A stretch of DNA of 62,969 nt, filler included, from Reticulomyxa filosa (taxonomy: Eukaryota; Protista; Foraminifera): assembly GCA_000512085.1 (NCBI GenBank). It is 15 parts of 15 records of this genome, joined end to end, with 100 filler letters (N's around TTAATTAATTAA, not from the genome) between each part and the next. Parts side by side here need not be neighbours in the genome. Positions count along the whole stretch, not along the records: positions 47,294 to 52,603 come from ASPP01010890.1; positions 52,704 to 53,934 come from ASPP01003206.1; positions 54,035 to 60,224 come from ASPP01008972.1; positions 60,325 to 61,370 come from ASPP01003112.1; positions 61,471 to 62,969 come from ASPP01026660.1; 10 more parts are not named here. The stretch is one strand, 5' to 3'. Below, in pieces: positions 51,513-62,969 of this stretch; the stretch's first letter is position 1; each line of letters begins with the position of its first letter. The notes under the pieces are model-generated. The model worked only from the letters and a program-made list of their open reading frames with translations. It was not told the DNA's origin and did no database searches. The position numbers and the translations under genes are program-made.

Positions 51513-52206
51513 AAATGTGAATTTAAAATTTCTTTTTTTCAAAAAATTTGAAGTATATCGAAACTTCTGTTCACTTATCGAACTCTTTGCTCGTCTGGCA
51601 CTACCGCATTCTCTTCTCTTTTTTTTTTGAGCTTTTGTAACAAAATTGTTGATTATACTCCTATAAATTAAAAGAATCTTATGCAACTTGTCATTACATC
51701 CAAAAGGAATTAAAATAGAAAGATTAGGTGACGTACATTACATTTTTGGCAAAACTACGTAAATAAATAAATTAACAATTGTCTGCACGAAAGTACTTTT
51801 TTTTTGGGTGACCCAGAACGTATGTTATTTAGAAAGGTACTTTTGCCCTTGATTTTGGGAGTTTTTGCTTGGCGACGTTGTAAATTCTTTTATCCTCAGG
51901 GAAGAAGAAAGGATGAAAACATTTTTTGTGGGCAAACTGTTGTCTCGTTCCGGTGAGGACGGTGCTCATTTGCCAGCCGAAGGGGTCAATACATGTTTAC
52001 ACTTTTTTTTGTTTTTGTTTGATTATACAAACCTATATCCACTTGTGTTTCCCCTTTATATGCATATACTTTTTATGTATGCATATGCACGTAACGTGTG
52101 TCATCTATCGCATAAAATTGATGAATGATCCCAACACGCATACAATTGGACGTATGTGTTTGTATGTACATGTAATAAACCATTTGACAAAAAAAAAAAA
52201 AAAACC

Positions 52207-52604
52207 AAGGTGGTGAATGAGTCGAAAAAGAGCAACAAAGCAAAGAAAGTGCACTTGACGAACACGCCAAGTTCGAGCGTGTCACCGAAGCAGAGTCCAA
52301 AACAAGGAATAAAGCTGTGGACGAAAGAGAGCGAGAGTGGGACAAGCAACAGTTTGGAAGTGCGATTGGCAAGAGGATTGAGCGGGAGTTCCAACCGAAA
52401 AGACGCACGAGACGTGCATTCGTCTCCATCAATGAAAATGGACAGTACGAACAAAAACCATCACATGAGCAGCAGCAGTAGCAACGCAAGCATCGGCAGC
52501 GTCAGCATGAGTGTGAGTGGTGGTAGTGTGACAAGCAGCAGTAATAACCCAACAAAAAAAAGCAAGCAAGTTAATAACAATAGCAATAGTAATAATAATA
52601 ATAN
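52207..52604 (+). CDS. Ser/Asn-rich low-complexity exon of an unknown gene, partial
   Basis: Open GC-richer frame after an acceptor-like site that runs into the gap. Confidence 0.45.
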
Positions 52605-53383
52605 NNNNNNNNNNNNNNNNNNNNNNNNNNNNNNNNNNNNNNNNNNNTTAATTAATTAANNNNNNNNNNNNNNNNNNNNNNNNNNNNNNNNNNNNNNNNN
52701 NNNGTTTGGTTTTCGTTGGGGTTAAAACACTAGTTGACTAGAAAACAGTTAAAGTTTTTTCCTTTTTTTTTAGTGATACAACCATATAGCCGAGTTTGGA
52801 AGATGTTTAATTCATTGTATTTTTATTGTTTGCTTTGTTCTTAGAAATATTTCAATTAAAAAACAACTAATACACATTTTCTTTGAAATACAACGAGTAT
52901 ATTGTCAAATTGAAATAAAGCGTCATTATTTGCATACTTTAAAAAAACTGAATATTGAAATGTCACATTATGAAGAGGAGTTATTTTTTCAGTGAAAAAC
53001 AAATGCTGTCTGGATGCAATACAAAGCTTTTGAAAAAAACTACAACAAATCTGAAATTTGCGTTGCACAAAGTACAACTTTGTCCCAAAGTAATATTAAA
53101 CAACTTCAGCCTAAATTAAATCAACATTTTCGTAATAGGCCACAACAACCGATTGGCAAACACTCGAGTGTCTTTAACCTGTTTTCCGTTTTGCCGTCAA
53201 GACTTTTTTTATCAACCCTCTTTGCACGTTTAATATAGTATTCAAATTAAAATACCTTTTTTGTTGTGTGTTACAAACATCCATTTTAGCCAAAAATCAT
53301 AAATTGAGACGTGATTACCGATACTGTCTGAATTCATCCGCGGTCTAATTTTTCCCCCCCTTTTGACAAAATTTTTCAGGCAA

Positions 53384-53875
53384 ATGATGTCAGCCAAGCC
53401 AAACGAAGAGAATATAAATGCAGAAGATATAATAGCACAATATGGCAATGAAAATCTTGATGATGTGGAAGCGGTGGACATAGCACAACTCTCAGATGCG
53501 AACGTGGACATTAGCAAGCTGCTTGCATCAAGTGAGCCTCAAGTATCAGAAAAGAAAAGAGCCGACCCAAACAAACACAAAAGTGGAACAAATGGATCGA
53601 CATTTCCCGTCCGAGCAAGCACATTGCAAGAACAGCACGAAGAAGAGAAGCGAAATGAAGAAGATGAAGAAAAGTACAACACGAAAGCAGCGACAGATGG
53701 ATATGTTGTGCGTGTTCCAGTATCAATGAGCGTCAATCGGAAGAGCACGCTGACCAATAATAATTCATCCACTGTCCCTCTATCTAGCCAACAGTCATCG
53801 GTCACGGATAGTAGTAATATTCATCGACAGTCTTTCAGTTTGACTTATCAACAAAAAAAAACTTTTTTGTACGGC
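53384..53875 (+). CDS. Hypothetical protein, 5' exon, partial
   Basis: ATG-initiated hydrophilic ORF (MMSAKPNEENINAED...). No domain recognised. Confidence 0.5.
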
Positions 53876-54033
53876 CCCTTTTTTTTTTTTTTTATTTTTT
53901 TTTAATAAAAAGTAAAAATTTATTACACTATAAGNNNNNNNNNNNNNNNNNNNNNNNNNNNNNNNNNNNNNNNNNNNNTTAATTAATTAANNNNNNNNNN
54001 NNNNNNNNNNNNNNNNNNNNNNNNNNNNNNNNN

Positions 54034-54124
54034 NGAAGAAGAAGAAGAACAAGAACGGGAAGAAGAGGAGGAGGAGGAGGAGGAACGAGAAGAAGAGGAA
54101 GAGGATGACGATGACGATGATGAT

Positions 54125-54156
<32 letters not shown>

Positions 54157-54710
54157 TGACGATGAAGAGGAACAAAAAAGACACTTTGAAGAAAAGAAAT
54201 ATCCAAGCGAACACGAAAGCAGTGATGATGAGGCTTCCAAAAATACCAGTCCCAATTTGAAAATCACGCTCAATGGGGGTCATCTCGACACAGCTGCAAA
54301 AGTAAACGAAAAAAAAATTACACCTCGCCAAGTCAGATTTGCCGATGACTTGATTGTCAAAGACACTAAATTGCTCCCGCTTTCCAATAAGAGTCTTGGT
54401 CCCCAAAAAAATGCCTCCAAAAAAAATCCGGCGTCGGATGAGGAGGACGACGAGGGAGAAGAAGAAGAAGAAGAGGAGGAAGAAGAAGAAGAAGAGGAAG
54501 AAGAAGAAGAAGAGGAACGCTCCGATGAGGAATTAGAAGAAGACGAGTAGTCGAGTAGTGATCTCGTCATTGAATATCATATGCCACTTTTTGTGTCAAG
54601 CCATTGCGTGGCAAAACATTTCTCGTTGCTGAAAATCATGCGCACGCTCACAAACAACGATAGTAACAATTGGACGTGTAAAACTAAACACCATCGAATG
54701 TTTCATAAAA
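54034..54710 (+). CDS. Very acidic low-complexity protein fragment (GAA/GAG/GAT repeats)
   Basis: Poly-E/D tracts at 54034-54170 and 54440-54547, and a TAG at 54548 followed by an in-frame open segment. Intactness is unclear. Confidence 0.45.
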
Positions 54711-55098
54711 AAAAAAAAAAAAAAAAAAAAGAAAAAAAAGAGTTTTGTCGTCCGTGTGCGTTTTCTTGCAAAAATGTCATATCTTTTTTTTCCCATTGCA
54801 GTTTGTATTTGTCTTGACCAGCGACTTCTCTGTTACTCTACATCTTTTGCAAATGATCAAAGCAGACAAAAAGTAAAACAAAGTCAAGGATACTTGAAAC
54901 AATCTGGTGTTTTCTTTTCCCAGTCCAACGGAATGACTCCGCTGTCCTAAGATGTCTTTTGCTATTGAAAAACAGTGACCTAAGTGGATGCAAAATATTC
55001 TTATTATTTGCTCCATCAGTTGTTGGTTTGCGAGCTGGTACTTTGGGGTACGGAAATAAAAGTTTTTCGAAGTTGTGAAGACATTGGAATAAATAGGG

Positions 55099-56767
55099 AT
55101 GAAAAATAAGTCGTCAGATATGATTGATTGTGAGAAAATAACAGACAACAATAACAACAATAATAGCTCAACTCCACCTCAGATTATAACATCACTGGAG
55201 GACTTGAAAGGTGACCCAACAATGCAATATGTTCATGGTCAAGTCGTTTGGGCCAAATTTCTGGACTTTTCTTGGTGGCCAGGGACAGTTTTGACTAAAA
55301 TGTTGTGTGTCACCACGTGTCTTACAATCTTCATTTCTTTTTCAGCAAGCGAAATTAGAATCCTTTTTTTGAGACAGCTTAGTTTTAAAAAAAATGAAAA
55401 AATTCAGATTGGTTTAACACAAAAAGACAAAGATGGAGAAAAAATAATAGTTCATTGGTTTGGTGACTTTGGTGAGCAAAGGTAAAAGATTTTTTTTTAC
55501 GCACGGTGCATAATGGGATATCAGTGATAACAATTGACTATCGTGTGATTGTGTATAATTTTTTTTTTTTAAAAAAAAGAGACGAATGTTTGAGAGCCAA
55601 TGTACTGCCATTTACTCTTCAACTGAAACAGCTAATTTTGAGAGAAATCAGAACACCAGACCGACCTTCTTTCGAAGCAAGTTTCAACGAGGCGTCGCGA
55701 GTCTGGAGAGAAATAAGAGAAGAAACAGGGAATACTGTTGGAGGATCGGGAAATCTGATTGCCATTAAAACTGACGAAGAACAACCAATCACAAACATTG
55801 ATCATAACAACCAAGGTTACAACCCCGTTTTTTATCTTTTTTTCTCTCTCTCTCTCTTCAATGTCACGCTAACAAAAAATGTCCGCATTTTCTCAAAATA
55901 TATCATTTCTGTAACGTGCAATTGAGGTCGGAAGTTTAATAACAGAAGAGGTTGTGTATATGTATACGTAATATGTGTGATTTGTGACGCTATTTTTGGC
56001 CGAAAATCCATTGCTTATGGGGGGGGGGGGCTCATTAATTCTAATGATTGGAATTGAAGCAGTTGAGAACACAACAAGGAGGAGATGGAGGTCACATGTC
56101 ATGAAATGTGTTCTCATTGATGTGTTTTATGTAATGCTCTTTTTTTCCGTTTGTATGAGAGAGAATAGGTATCCAATCGTCCTTCCCGAAAACGACGAGT
56201 CAGTGCAAGTACAATGTCAGCCAACGGGAATAGCAAAAAAGATGCTTTTGAAAGTGATCGAAAAGTCTCCGCTTCTATTTCTTCACGTCCACGAAGAACC
56301 AGTCAACGCTTGGCGAATCAGATCGCTAATGAGAGTGACACGCAACATGACAATGAAAAAGACAAAAAGGTTACTAATTTTGCTTTCTTTCTTACATATA
56401 TATATATAAACATATACATGTGCATATGTTCATATTTATGTGTGTATGTATTGTGTACATTTTTTTAATTATTTTAAATTACTAAACAATATAGACTGAT
56501 ATTACTGCAAATGGCCTTCGTCGAAGCGGTCGTTTACACGAAAAAGATGCTCGGATTGAAGCTGCAGTTAAGCGAAATCGATGCCTGGCCGTGACTGCCA
56601 CGAATCATGAGCCCCATGATTTGTCTGTGTTCATCGCTCATCAATACTATTCCTATTTGGAAGATGGTAAAAGTGCACAAGACGCTCTCAGTTTGGTGGG
56701 GGAGAAGTGGAATTTAGAGTGCGATGCTGTGTTGCAGCATATTCATAACCACGAATCAGAATGTTAA
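55099..56767 (+). CDS. PWWP-domain protein, about 5 exons
   Basis: YVHGQVVWAKFLDFSWWPGT...IIVHWFGD...LPFT...FEASFNEA matches the PWWP pattern. The last exon ends with TAA at 56765-56767. Confidence 0.85.
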
Positions 56768-58234
56768 TGTTGAATGGACTCTTTTTTAAAAAAATTTTTA
56801 TTTCTTATATTTTATTAACGTTTTAAAAGAATTTTATGTTCGTTGGAACAGCAAATGAAAATGTTGGCAAGCGCGGAAGATGAGACACGTGACAATGAAT
56901 GTTTTCTCTACTTCTTGACTTCAAAGAGTCATATGCTGGCCGTTATGGAAAAAATATTATCAGCTTTAAAAAATATTGAGCGTCGTGACTTTGGAGTTGT
57001 TCTTGAATAAAATTGACAGATTTTTGTGAAATGACAAGAGTGTGATTCAGACTGGTTGAATCAATACTTTTTTTTAATTGAGTGTTCAAAAACGAGAAAA
57101 TGTGACTTTTTTGTTAATGATTTTAACATACTATCACATCCAAGAACTGACAATTTTAGAACTCTTTTCCTTAATAATAAGATAGAATATTGTTGTGAAT
57201 CACAAAAATCAGTTATATCTTGTAGAGAACATGAAAATTTTCAAAGCTTCATTTTTGTTGTTAATCGCGTTACTAAAAAATGTACAAGAAAAATGACAAG
57301 TTTGTTGATCAATTAAATCTGTTGCAAGTTGTTATTTCCAGGAAGATTAGAAAATAATCTTTTTTTAATTGGTTTGAATGCATTTGCTCGAATATCTACG
57401 ATAAAAAAAAAAATTCTATATACAAATTGCAGATAGAAAGCAAAACCACTTGTTTTTTTAATCGCAACTAATAGATAACAGCACTTGCAAATATTTCCAA
57501 TATATTTGAAAAGATTTGAAAATGTCTACAGCAAAAACGAAAATGAAGAATACGATGCTGAAACAATTACTGATAATAGTATTTCCATTTGGAACTAAAT
57601 AAAATTGATTTAAATACAAAGACACAAATACAACTGCACATAGATTTGCGAAGTGCAATTGTAGAATATTATCAACAAATGCTATAAAAGAAAGAATTAT
57701 TGTTGAATGGTATATGATTAGATAAAAAAAATTGAATACATTAAAGCAGAACTGTACATTGAAGGACATAATATTAAATCATCATATCGTTTGTCAAAAG
57801 CACATTAAGTAATTCACATACATTATAATTCAATTGGACAAGCAAGTCAACAAAAGAAAATGAAAAAGTGCGAATTAGTTTATTTAAGCAACAGTAAGCA
57901 ATACAATCAAAATTAAATAAAGAGAAAAATTTATACAAAATATATTTAAAAGATCAAATTGAAACAAATGTACATAATTATGTTTGAAAAAATGTAATGA
58001 AAAGTTAAGTTTCAAACTAGATGAAAATGTTTTAGAAAATAGACAACATTGAATCGAAAAGAAAAATATGGCAAAATGTGATTGTAAAAATAAGACAAAA
58101 AGTGGACAAAGTGCAAGAATATCTAAAATGAAAAGTCAAAATTCAACTTGTTGTCCATATTGTGGAAAACAGTAGAAGTCATGAGATGTACACAATGCAA
58201 ACAGATAATTTATTAATTAAGAAATTGTTAACTA

Positions 58235-59682
58235 CAGCATGTTGAATAAAAAACTAAACAACTAAAATGCAGCCTTATGAAGATTATTGATTTTTTCAAT
58301 GAAAAACAAACATTTAATACTAATTTTTTAAAAAATATCTATAATGTTGTAGTTTTTACATTTTAAATTTTTTTTCAGTTGACTTATAATTTTTTTAGTG
58401 TTGCTTTTAAATTTTTTTTTAAGGTAATTTTGAAAAATTTTTTAATTTTTTTTTTTGCTGAAGTAAAATTTGTAATCTTTGAGATTGGCAATCATGTTGA
58501 TTCTTTTAGAAAAGGTGTTGCTGTTGGAATGTTTATTAACAGTTCGGACATATATCTGTTGATCGAAAATTTGTTGTTAGTCCAGCATCAGTAATGAGAT
58601 TGGAGAATCTGTATAAGAATAATTGCACTGCTGCCAGAAGGCTAGGATCTGGAAGATTCGAAAAGATTTAACCCGCATATAACGTAAAATTGTTATGTAT
58701 TTTGTATCTGGCAGGTGCGAACAGCTAATGAAGTGAAAGAGATATTGTATGAAGATATTGAGATTTATGTCCATACGAAACTGTTACAAAGACTCTCAAG
58801 AAGAACGTTTTAATTACTGTGACAAAGAAGAAAAAATCAAAACTAGAAGAAATACATATTGTCAAAAGTCTTGAATTTAAAACAAATACAAACATTGGAC
58901 AGTGGATGATTGAAAAAAGGTTATTTTCTAAGATGAAACAAAGATTAATTTGTGTGTAAGTAATTATATCAAATATGCCTGGAAAAGGACATGTCAAGAT
59001 TTGTGTGATAGAGTTATAATTAAAAGGTCAATATTTGGTAGTTTAACATTATGGTTTGGGCTTGCTTTGATGCAAAAGGTGTTGGACGTGCATGCAGATT
59101 GAATGTTGAGTTAATTTGAAATTATACAAATATAACTGATGAAATGCTAAATAGCATACAGTATTGTTTAGAAGATGAAAAGGATTGTTAGTTACAACAA
59201 TATAATGCAACATGACACAAAAGTCAAAATATTATGGAACTGTTTGAAGAAAATTACGTAAATTTAATAAAATTTCTAACAAATTCTACTTATTTAAATC
59301 CAATTGAAAACTTGTGTTTGATATTGAAAATTAAACTTTACAAAGATGCAAAATTTCGCATAAAACAGCAATCAGTGAAAATTCGAAACAGTTTGGGAAA
59401 AAAACATAAAAAAAGTTATGCAACGACTTAATTGCCTCAATGCCAAAGAAGGATCCAAGCAAAATTGTAACAAATAAAACTTTTAAATTTTTTTCTAAAA
59501 TTTACAAAAATCATGTGAAAAAATGACATTTTTATCCACTTAAAAAAATGTTATTCAAAAATCAATTCAACATTTAAAACAACAACATTTGATATATTTT
59601 TAAAAATTAGTATTAAGTGTATGTTTTTTATGTAGAAAATCAAAATCTTCATAAGGTGTTCAGTTTTTTATGAAACATACTG
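58235..59682 (+). mobile_element. Degenerate Tc1/mariner DNA transposon, 1448 bp, with TA target-site duplication and long imperfect TIRs
   Basis: The left end TA|CAGCATGTTGAATAAAAAACT matches the reverse-complemented right end TA|CAGTATGTTTCATAAAAAACT, and similarity extends ~150 bp. Transposase relics GSGR, IMVWACF, QQYNAT*H, NSTYLNPIENL and LIASMP are present. Confidence 0.9.
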
Positions 59683-60324
59683 TATTTCAAACAGATTGAA
59701 AACATTGACTAAACAATTTCAAATAGCTGTGTTAATTAATATATTTTGCGCGCTATGTCCTTTTGGATAAGATGAGCAAACTTAACTAAAAAAAAATCGT
59801 ACAATCTGAAGATAACTTTACCGTTCTCCAACTAATATTTTTGCTGATGATGTTTCAAAACTCTTTGCAATTCATTTGTATGTTTGAACTTCTGAAGGAT
59901 TAGAATCAGAAAAATAGTCACAAAAAATTACTTACTTTTCTGTATCTAAAAATGACCTTTTCTACAATCAATCTTCTTTGAAGTGGAAAAAAATCCTCAC
60001 TATCAAATCAATATATCTAACCTAGAAAAGGTTGAAACGCTTCAGAACTTAAAAAGACAGCACACCTTCAAAATGAATTGAAATAGCCATCGTCAGTTTT
60101 GTTCGCTGATAGAATTTATACACTGCAAGCAGTATCTCTCCCTTGGCTTTCCATTAGATGACAACACTCCGTACATAACTCCTTGCAGTGAAGATCTATA
60201 ATTTATAATTTCACGTTTTTTTTTNNNNNNNNNNNNNNNNNNNNNNNNNNNNNNNNNNNNNNNNNNNNTTAATTAATTAANNNNNNNNNNNNNNNNNNNN
60301 NNNNNNNNNNNNNNNNNNNNNNNN

Positions 60325-60410
60325 GTGCCTCCACCGTTGATTTTGTGATCCCGAACGGTCGCCTGGGCCGAACCGCGAGCCCGCATGCGCAAGGATGGGA
60401 GCCAAGATCC
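60325..60410 (+). ncRNA. 3' part of the putative IS110 bridge RNA (donor-binding loop)
   Basis: ACGGTCGC (60355-60362) is identical to the right-end sequence 61343-61350. It lies in an internal loop closed by TCCC/GGGA (60349-60352 with 60397-60400) and GGGC/GCCC (60365-60368 with 60379-60382). Confidence 0.7.
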
Positions 60411-61334
60411 ATGTTCGTAGGTATCGATGTGGCGAAAGATCGCCTGGATGTTCATGTACGACCCGCCGGTGAGGCCTTCACCGTTGCCCGGGACGGAGAA
60501 GGCATCGAGGACTTGGCCGGGCGCTTGAGTAAAATGGCGCCAGCCTTGGTCGTGCTCGAAGCAACCGGTGGCTTCGAGACGATCGTGGCGGCAGGTCTGG
60601 GCGCGGCGGGCCTGCCCGTGGCCGTCGTCAATCCCCGGCAGATCAGGGACTTTGCCCGGGCCACCGCACGGCTGGCCAAGACCGATGCTCTCGATGCTGC
60701 CGTCATCGCCCACTTCGCCGAGGCGGTGAACCCACCGGCGCGACCGCTCGCCGACGAGCAGTCCAGGTTGTTGGGCGAACTGATGGCGCGCCGCCGTCAG
60801 CTCATCGAGATGATCGGGGCCGAGAGCAACCGCCGGCGCATGCTCACCGTCCGACGTACCCTGAAGACCGTCGATCGCGTGCTGGCCACCTTGAAGGCCC
60901 AGCTCGAACAGATCGACGACGATATCGATATCGCCGTCCGGGGAACCCCGGCCTGGCGCGAGGCCGAGGACCTTCTGATCAGCGTTCCCGGCATCGGGCC
61001 CAGGATCGCCCGCACCCTGATCGCCGAACTGCCTGAGCTGGGCCACCTCGGCCGACGCGAGATCGCTTCGTTGACCGGCGTCGCCCCGTTCAATCGCGAC
61101 AGCGGCACCTTGCGGGGCCGCCGCACCATCGCGGGTGGACGACCTGTCGTCCGGGCTGCCCTCTACATGAGCATCCTCGTCTCCATCCGCCGCAAGCTGC
61201 CCCTGGCGCTGACCTATCATCGCCTGCGCGCCGCTGGAAAGCCGGCCAAGGTCGCCATCGTCGCTTGCATGCGCAAGCTCGTGACCATCCTCAACGCCAT
61301 CCTCAGGGACAAAAAGCCATGGGCAAACGCTTGA
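60411..61334 (+). CDS. IS110 family DEDD transposase/recombinase, 307 aa
   Basis: GIDVAK, LEATGG and KTDALDA give the D-E-D-D set. SVPGIG and GVAPFNRDSG (catalytic Ser) follow. A GGGAG RBS-like site precedes the ATG at 60411. Confidence 0.96.
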   Translation: MFVGIDVAKDRLDVHVRPAGEAFTVARDGEGIEDLAGRLSKMAPALVVLEATGGFETIVAAGLGAAGLPVAVVNPRQIRDFARATARLAKTDALDAAVIAHFAEAVNPPARPLADEQSRLLGELMARRRQLIEMIGAESNRRRMLTVRRTLKTVDRVLATLKAQLEQIDDDIDIAVRGTPAWREAEDLLISVPGIGPRIARTLIAELPELGHLGRREIASLTGVAPFNRDSGTLRGRRTIAGGRPVVRAALYMSILVSIRRKLPLALTYHRLRAAGKPAKVAIVACMRKLVTILNAILRDKKPWANA

Positions 61335-61336
61335 CC
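61331..61336 (+). promoter_or_regulatory. -35-like box TTGACC at the IS110 right end (junction promoter half)
   Basis: TTGACC overlaps the stop codon and lies 13 nt before the CT core, as expected for promoters formed on IS110 circularisation. Confidence 0.55.
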
Positions 61337-61470
61337 GCCATGACGGTCGCTCAGCATGAGGTTGGTGTTGNNNNNNNNNNNNNNNNNNNNNNNNNNNNNN
61401 NNNNNNNNNNNNNNTTAATTAATTAANNNNNNNNNNNNNNNNNNNNNNNNNNNNNNNNNNNNNNNNNNNN

Positions 61471-61927
61471 CTTTCATCGCGTAATGGTGTTTCTCGGCTT
61501 GCACTATATACACCATCGATGATGTACCGTACGCCAATATGTCCACAATCTCGTACTGAATAGTGTGCATTGCTTTCTCTTGTTCTATAAATGTATATTA
61601 ATTTTTTTTTTTTTTTTTTTTAAAGTTTGACGTATTTTTTTTCTCACCATTTTCGAGTTTGCAAAGTACTTCCTTCTTTGCATTGTCCAGCAAAGAGAAA
61701 TCCTTGGTTAAATCATCCTCTTTATTCGTGCTGAGGTGATTCTTGTTCTGCAATACTGACCATGGAGTGAGATTGGAGGTCCATCCCACTGCACTGTATG
61801 ACGGGGATGATACATGCTCCTCCTTCAAAGTTGAAGTTTTGTCTCCTTGCCGACTGCTCAACGTTGTCTCAGATTCGCACTCCTCTTCGTAAAAAAATCC
61901 ACAGTTCTTCGAAAGTAGCAAAGCCAT
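61471..61927 (-). CDS. Hypothetical protein, 5' part
   Basis: ATG at 61927, an open exon, and a probable second exon near 61560-61471 that runs into the gap. Confidence 0.45.
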
Positions 61928-62321
61928 AGTACCGACAGAAAAAGAAAAAAAAATTTAGGTAAGATATTTTACTTCAGCCTAAACTTTGCCTTCTTTGTCC
62001 CTTGGCTAACTGGTTCTTTGTTTTTGTTTTAAACCAAATGCAAAAATTCTATTGCAGTCATTTTATAGTTAAAGTTTATCCAAGTCGATTCATTTAACAT
62101 TTGTTTTGCTGTTAGCAATTTCATTACAAATCGCAACTGGAATATTGTTACTTAAAGGAATGGCTTTAAATATTGTCATGAAACCAATAATAACACTTAC
62201 GAAAATTCACATCTGATTTTCTTACCATTTGGCAATTGTTGTGTATCGCAAAAAAAAAAAATAAATAAAAGTCCTTTGAAAAGGACAAAACAAATAAGAA
62301 AAAAAAAACTCTCGAGGCTGA

Positions 62322-62900
62322 ATGATGGCAAATGATATAATCTCAAATGCTCCCAAAACAGGTGGCATCATTCGTCGTGGGCTTTCTTGCTTGGCCTTAA
62401 GTCCAAAAAAGCGTTCCGTTTTAAGAACGGAGCCATTATTTATAACGGCCGAGCCACTGGGCCCGAACACGGCACTTTGGAATGCGTTGTATCACGAGGG
62501 AAATATGGTGAATATAGTTGGGCGAAATTTTGACTCTCCAATTACGAAGGAGGATGCAATCTTGATATTATGCAACTATATTCGCATCAACGAAGAGCAC
62601 TTAGACAAGAATCACCCGTTGATCGACCTGCTGTGTAATCAGTCAATGCGTCGCTTACGTGAAAAAATCAAACCGACGATACATTTTATCGAATAGTGGA
62701 GCGACATCTAGCGCAGTTATGTAACAAATATGCGGCTCTCGCATATTCCACACTAGAAGAAAGTGGTGTGGCGACGTGCGACATTCGCGATACAACGCAG
62801 GGATCAATGATGCATGGACAGAGCAATAGTAGCGAAAGCTTGCACTTTGCAAAAACAGAAATTATGTACGAACAAGAAGACCTGTTATCTAGAGATAAGA
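62322..62900 (+). CDS. Hypothetical protein, 5' exon (A-run frameshift at ~62665), continuing past the window
   Basis: ORF 62322-62696 continues stop-free in another frame (NQTDDTFYRIVERHLAQLC...LSRDK) to a GT donor at ~62901 if one A is added to the run. Confidence 0.5.
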
Positions 62901-62969
62901 GTTTCGAAACAATACTTTTTTTTTTTTGTATACGTTATTCCATTATGTACCCCCTCTTTTTTTTTTTTT

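Larger units (their letters stand above)
60325..61351 (+). mobile_element. Bacterial IS110-family insertion sequence (left end cut off) on a separate GC-rich contig
   Basis: Abrupt switch to high GC between two spacers, an intact transposase, and a short right end TTGACCGCCATGACGGTCG-CT immediately after the stop. Confidence 0.92.

Noticed and set aside
54551-54950. Possible Timeless/Tof1-like segment after the acidic tract
   Set aside because: The resemblance is only faint (FVSSHCVAKHFSLLK), it follows a stop codon, and it cannot be supported without a profile search.
60273-61220. 315-aa minus-strand ORF
   Set aside because: It is the antisense shadow of the GC-rich IS110 transposase.
14759-61470. 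Regularly recurring TTAATTAATTAA motif as a biological repeat or chromosome-breakage signal
   Set aside because: It is always centred in N-runs of fixed total length and is a six-frame-stop linker used to concatenate contigs.

Overview
AT-rich, intron-rich eukaryotic draft DNA made of 15 separate contigs joined by 14 artificial ~100-nt spacers (N-run/TTAATTAATTAA/N-run), so adjacency is only meaningful within a contig. The gene content (very divergent alpha-tubulin; expanded TRAF-finger/WD40, Kelch and 7TM-RGS families) points to a foraminiferan such as Reticulomyxa; this is an inference, not a database result. Recognisable genes are alpha-tubulin (5' part), a BT1 transporter, RAD51, a ubiquitin-like fusion, alkaline ceramidase, MCM7, nucleoredoxin, an EEP hydrolase, NDUFA9, 7TM-RGS, SAM proteins, a PTEN-like phosphatase, an MCM3 fragment, acyl-CoA dehydrogenase and a PWWP protein. 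There are also many pseudogenes and decayed mobile elements (integrase, LINE, Tc1) and one GC-rich bacterial contig carrying an IS110 element. Many single-base indels fall in homopolymer runs and are probably sequencing errors. The most notable finding is a six-exon gene at 8443-7194 that the ORF track splits into pieces; spliced by hand it gives a 295-aa Cys/His-finger + H2B + H2A histone-doublet protein. Other highlights are (a) a ~34-aa single-exon 'box' shared by the C-terminus of a Kelch protein and the N-terminus of a WD40 protein, (b) a spliced PD-(D/E)xK nuclease gene sitting at the breakpoint of a truncated MCM3 copy, (c) a 65-bp fold-back hairpin built from an NDR-kinase fragment, and (d) a readable donor-binding loop of the IS110 bridge RNA.
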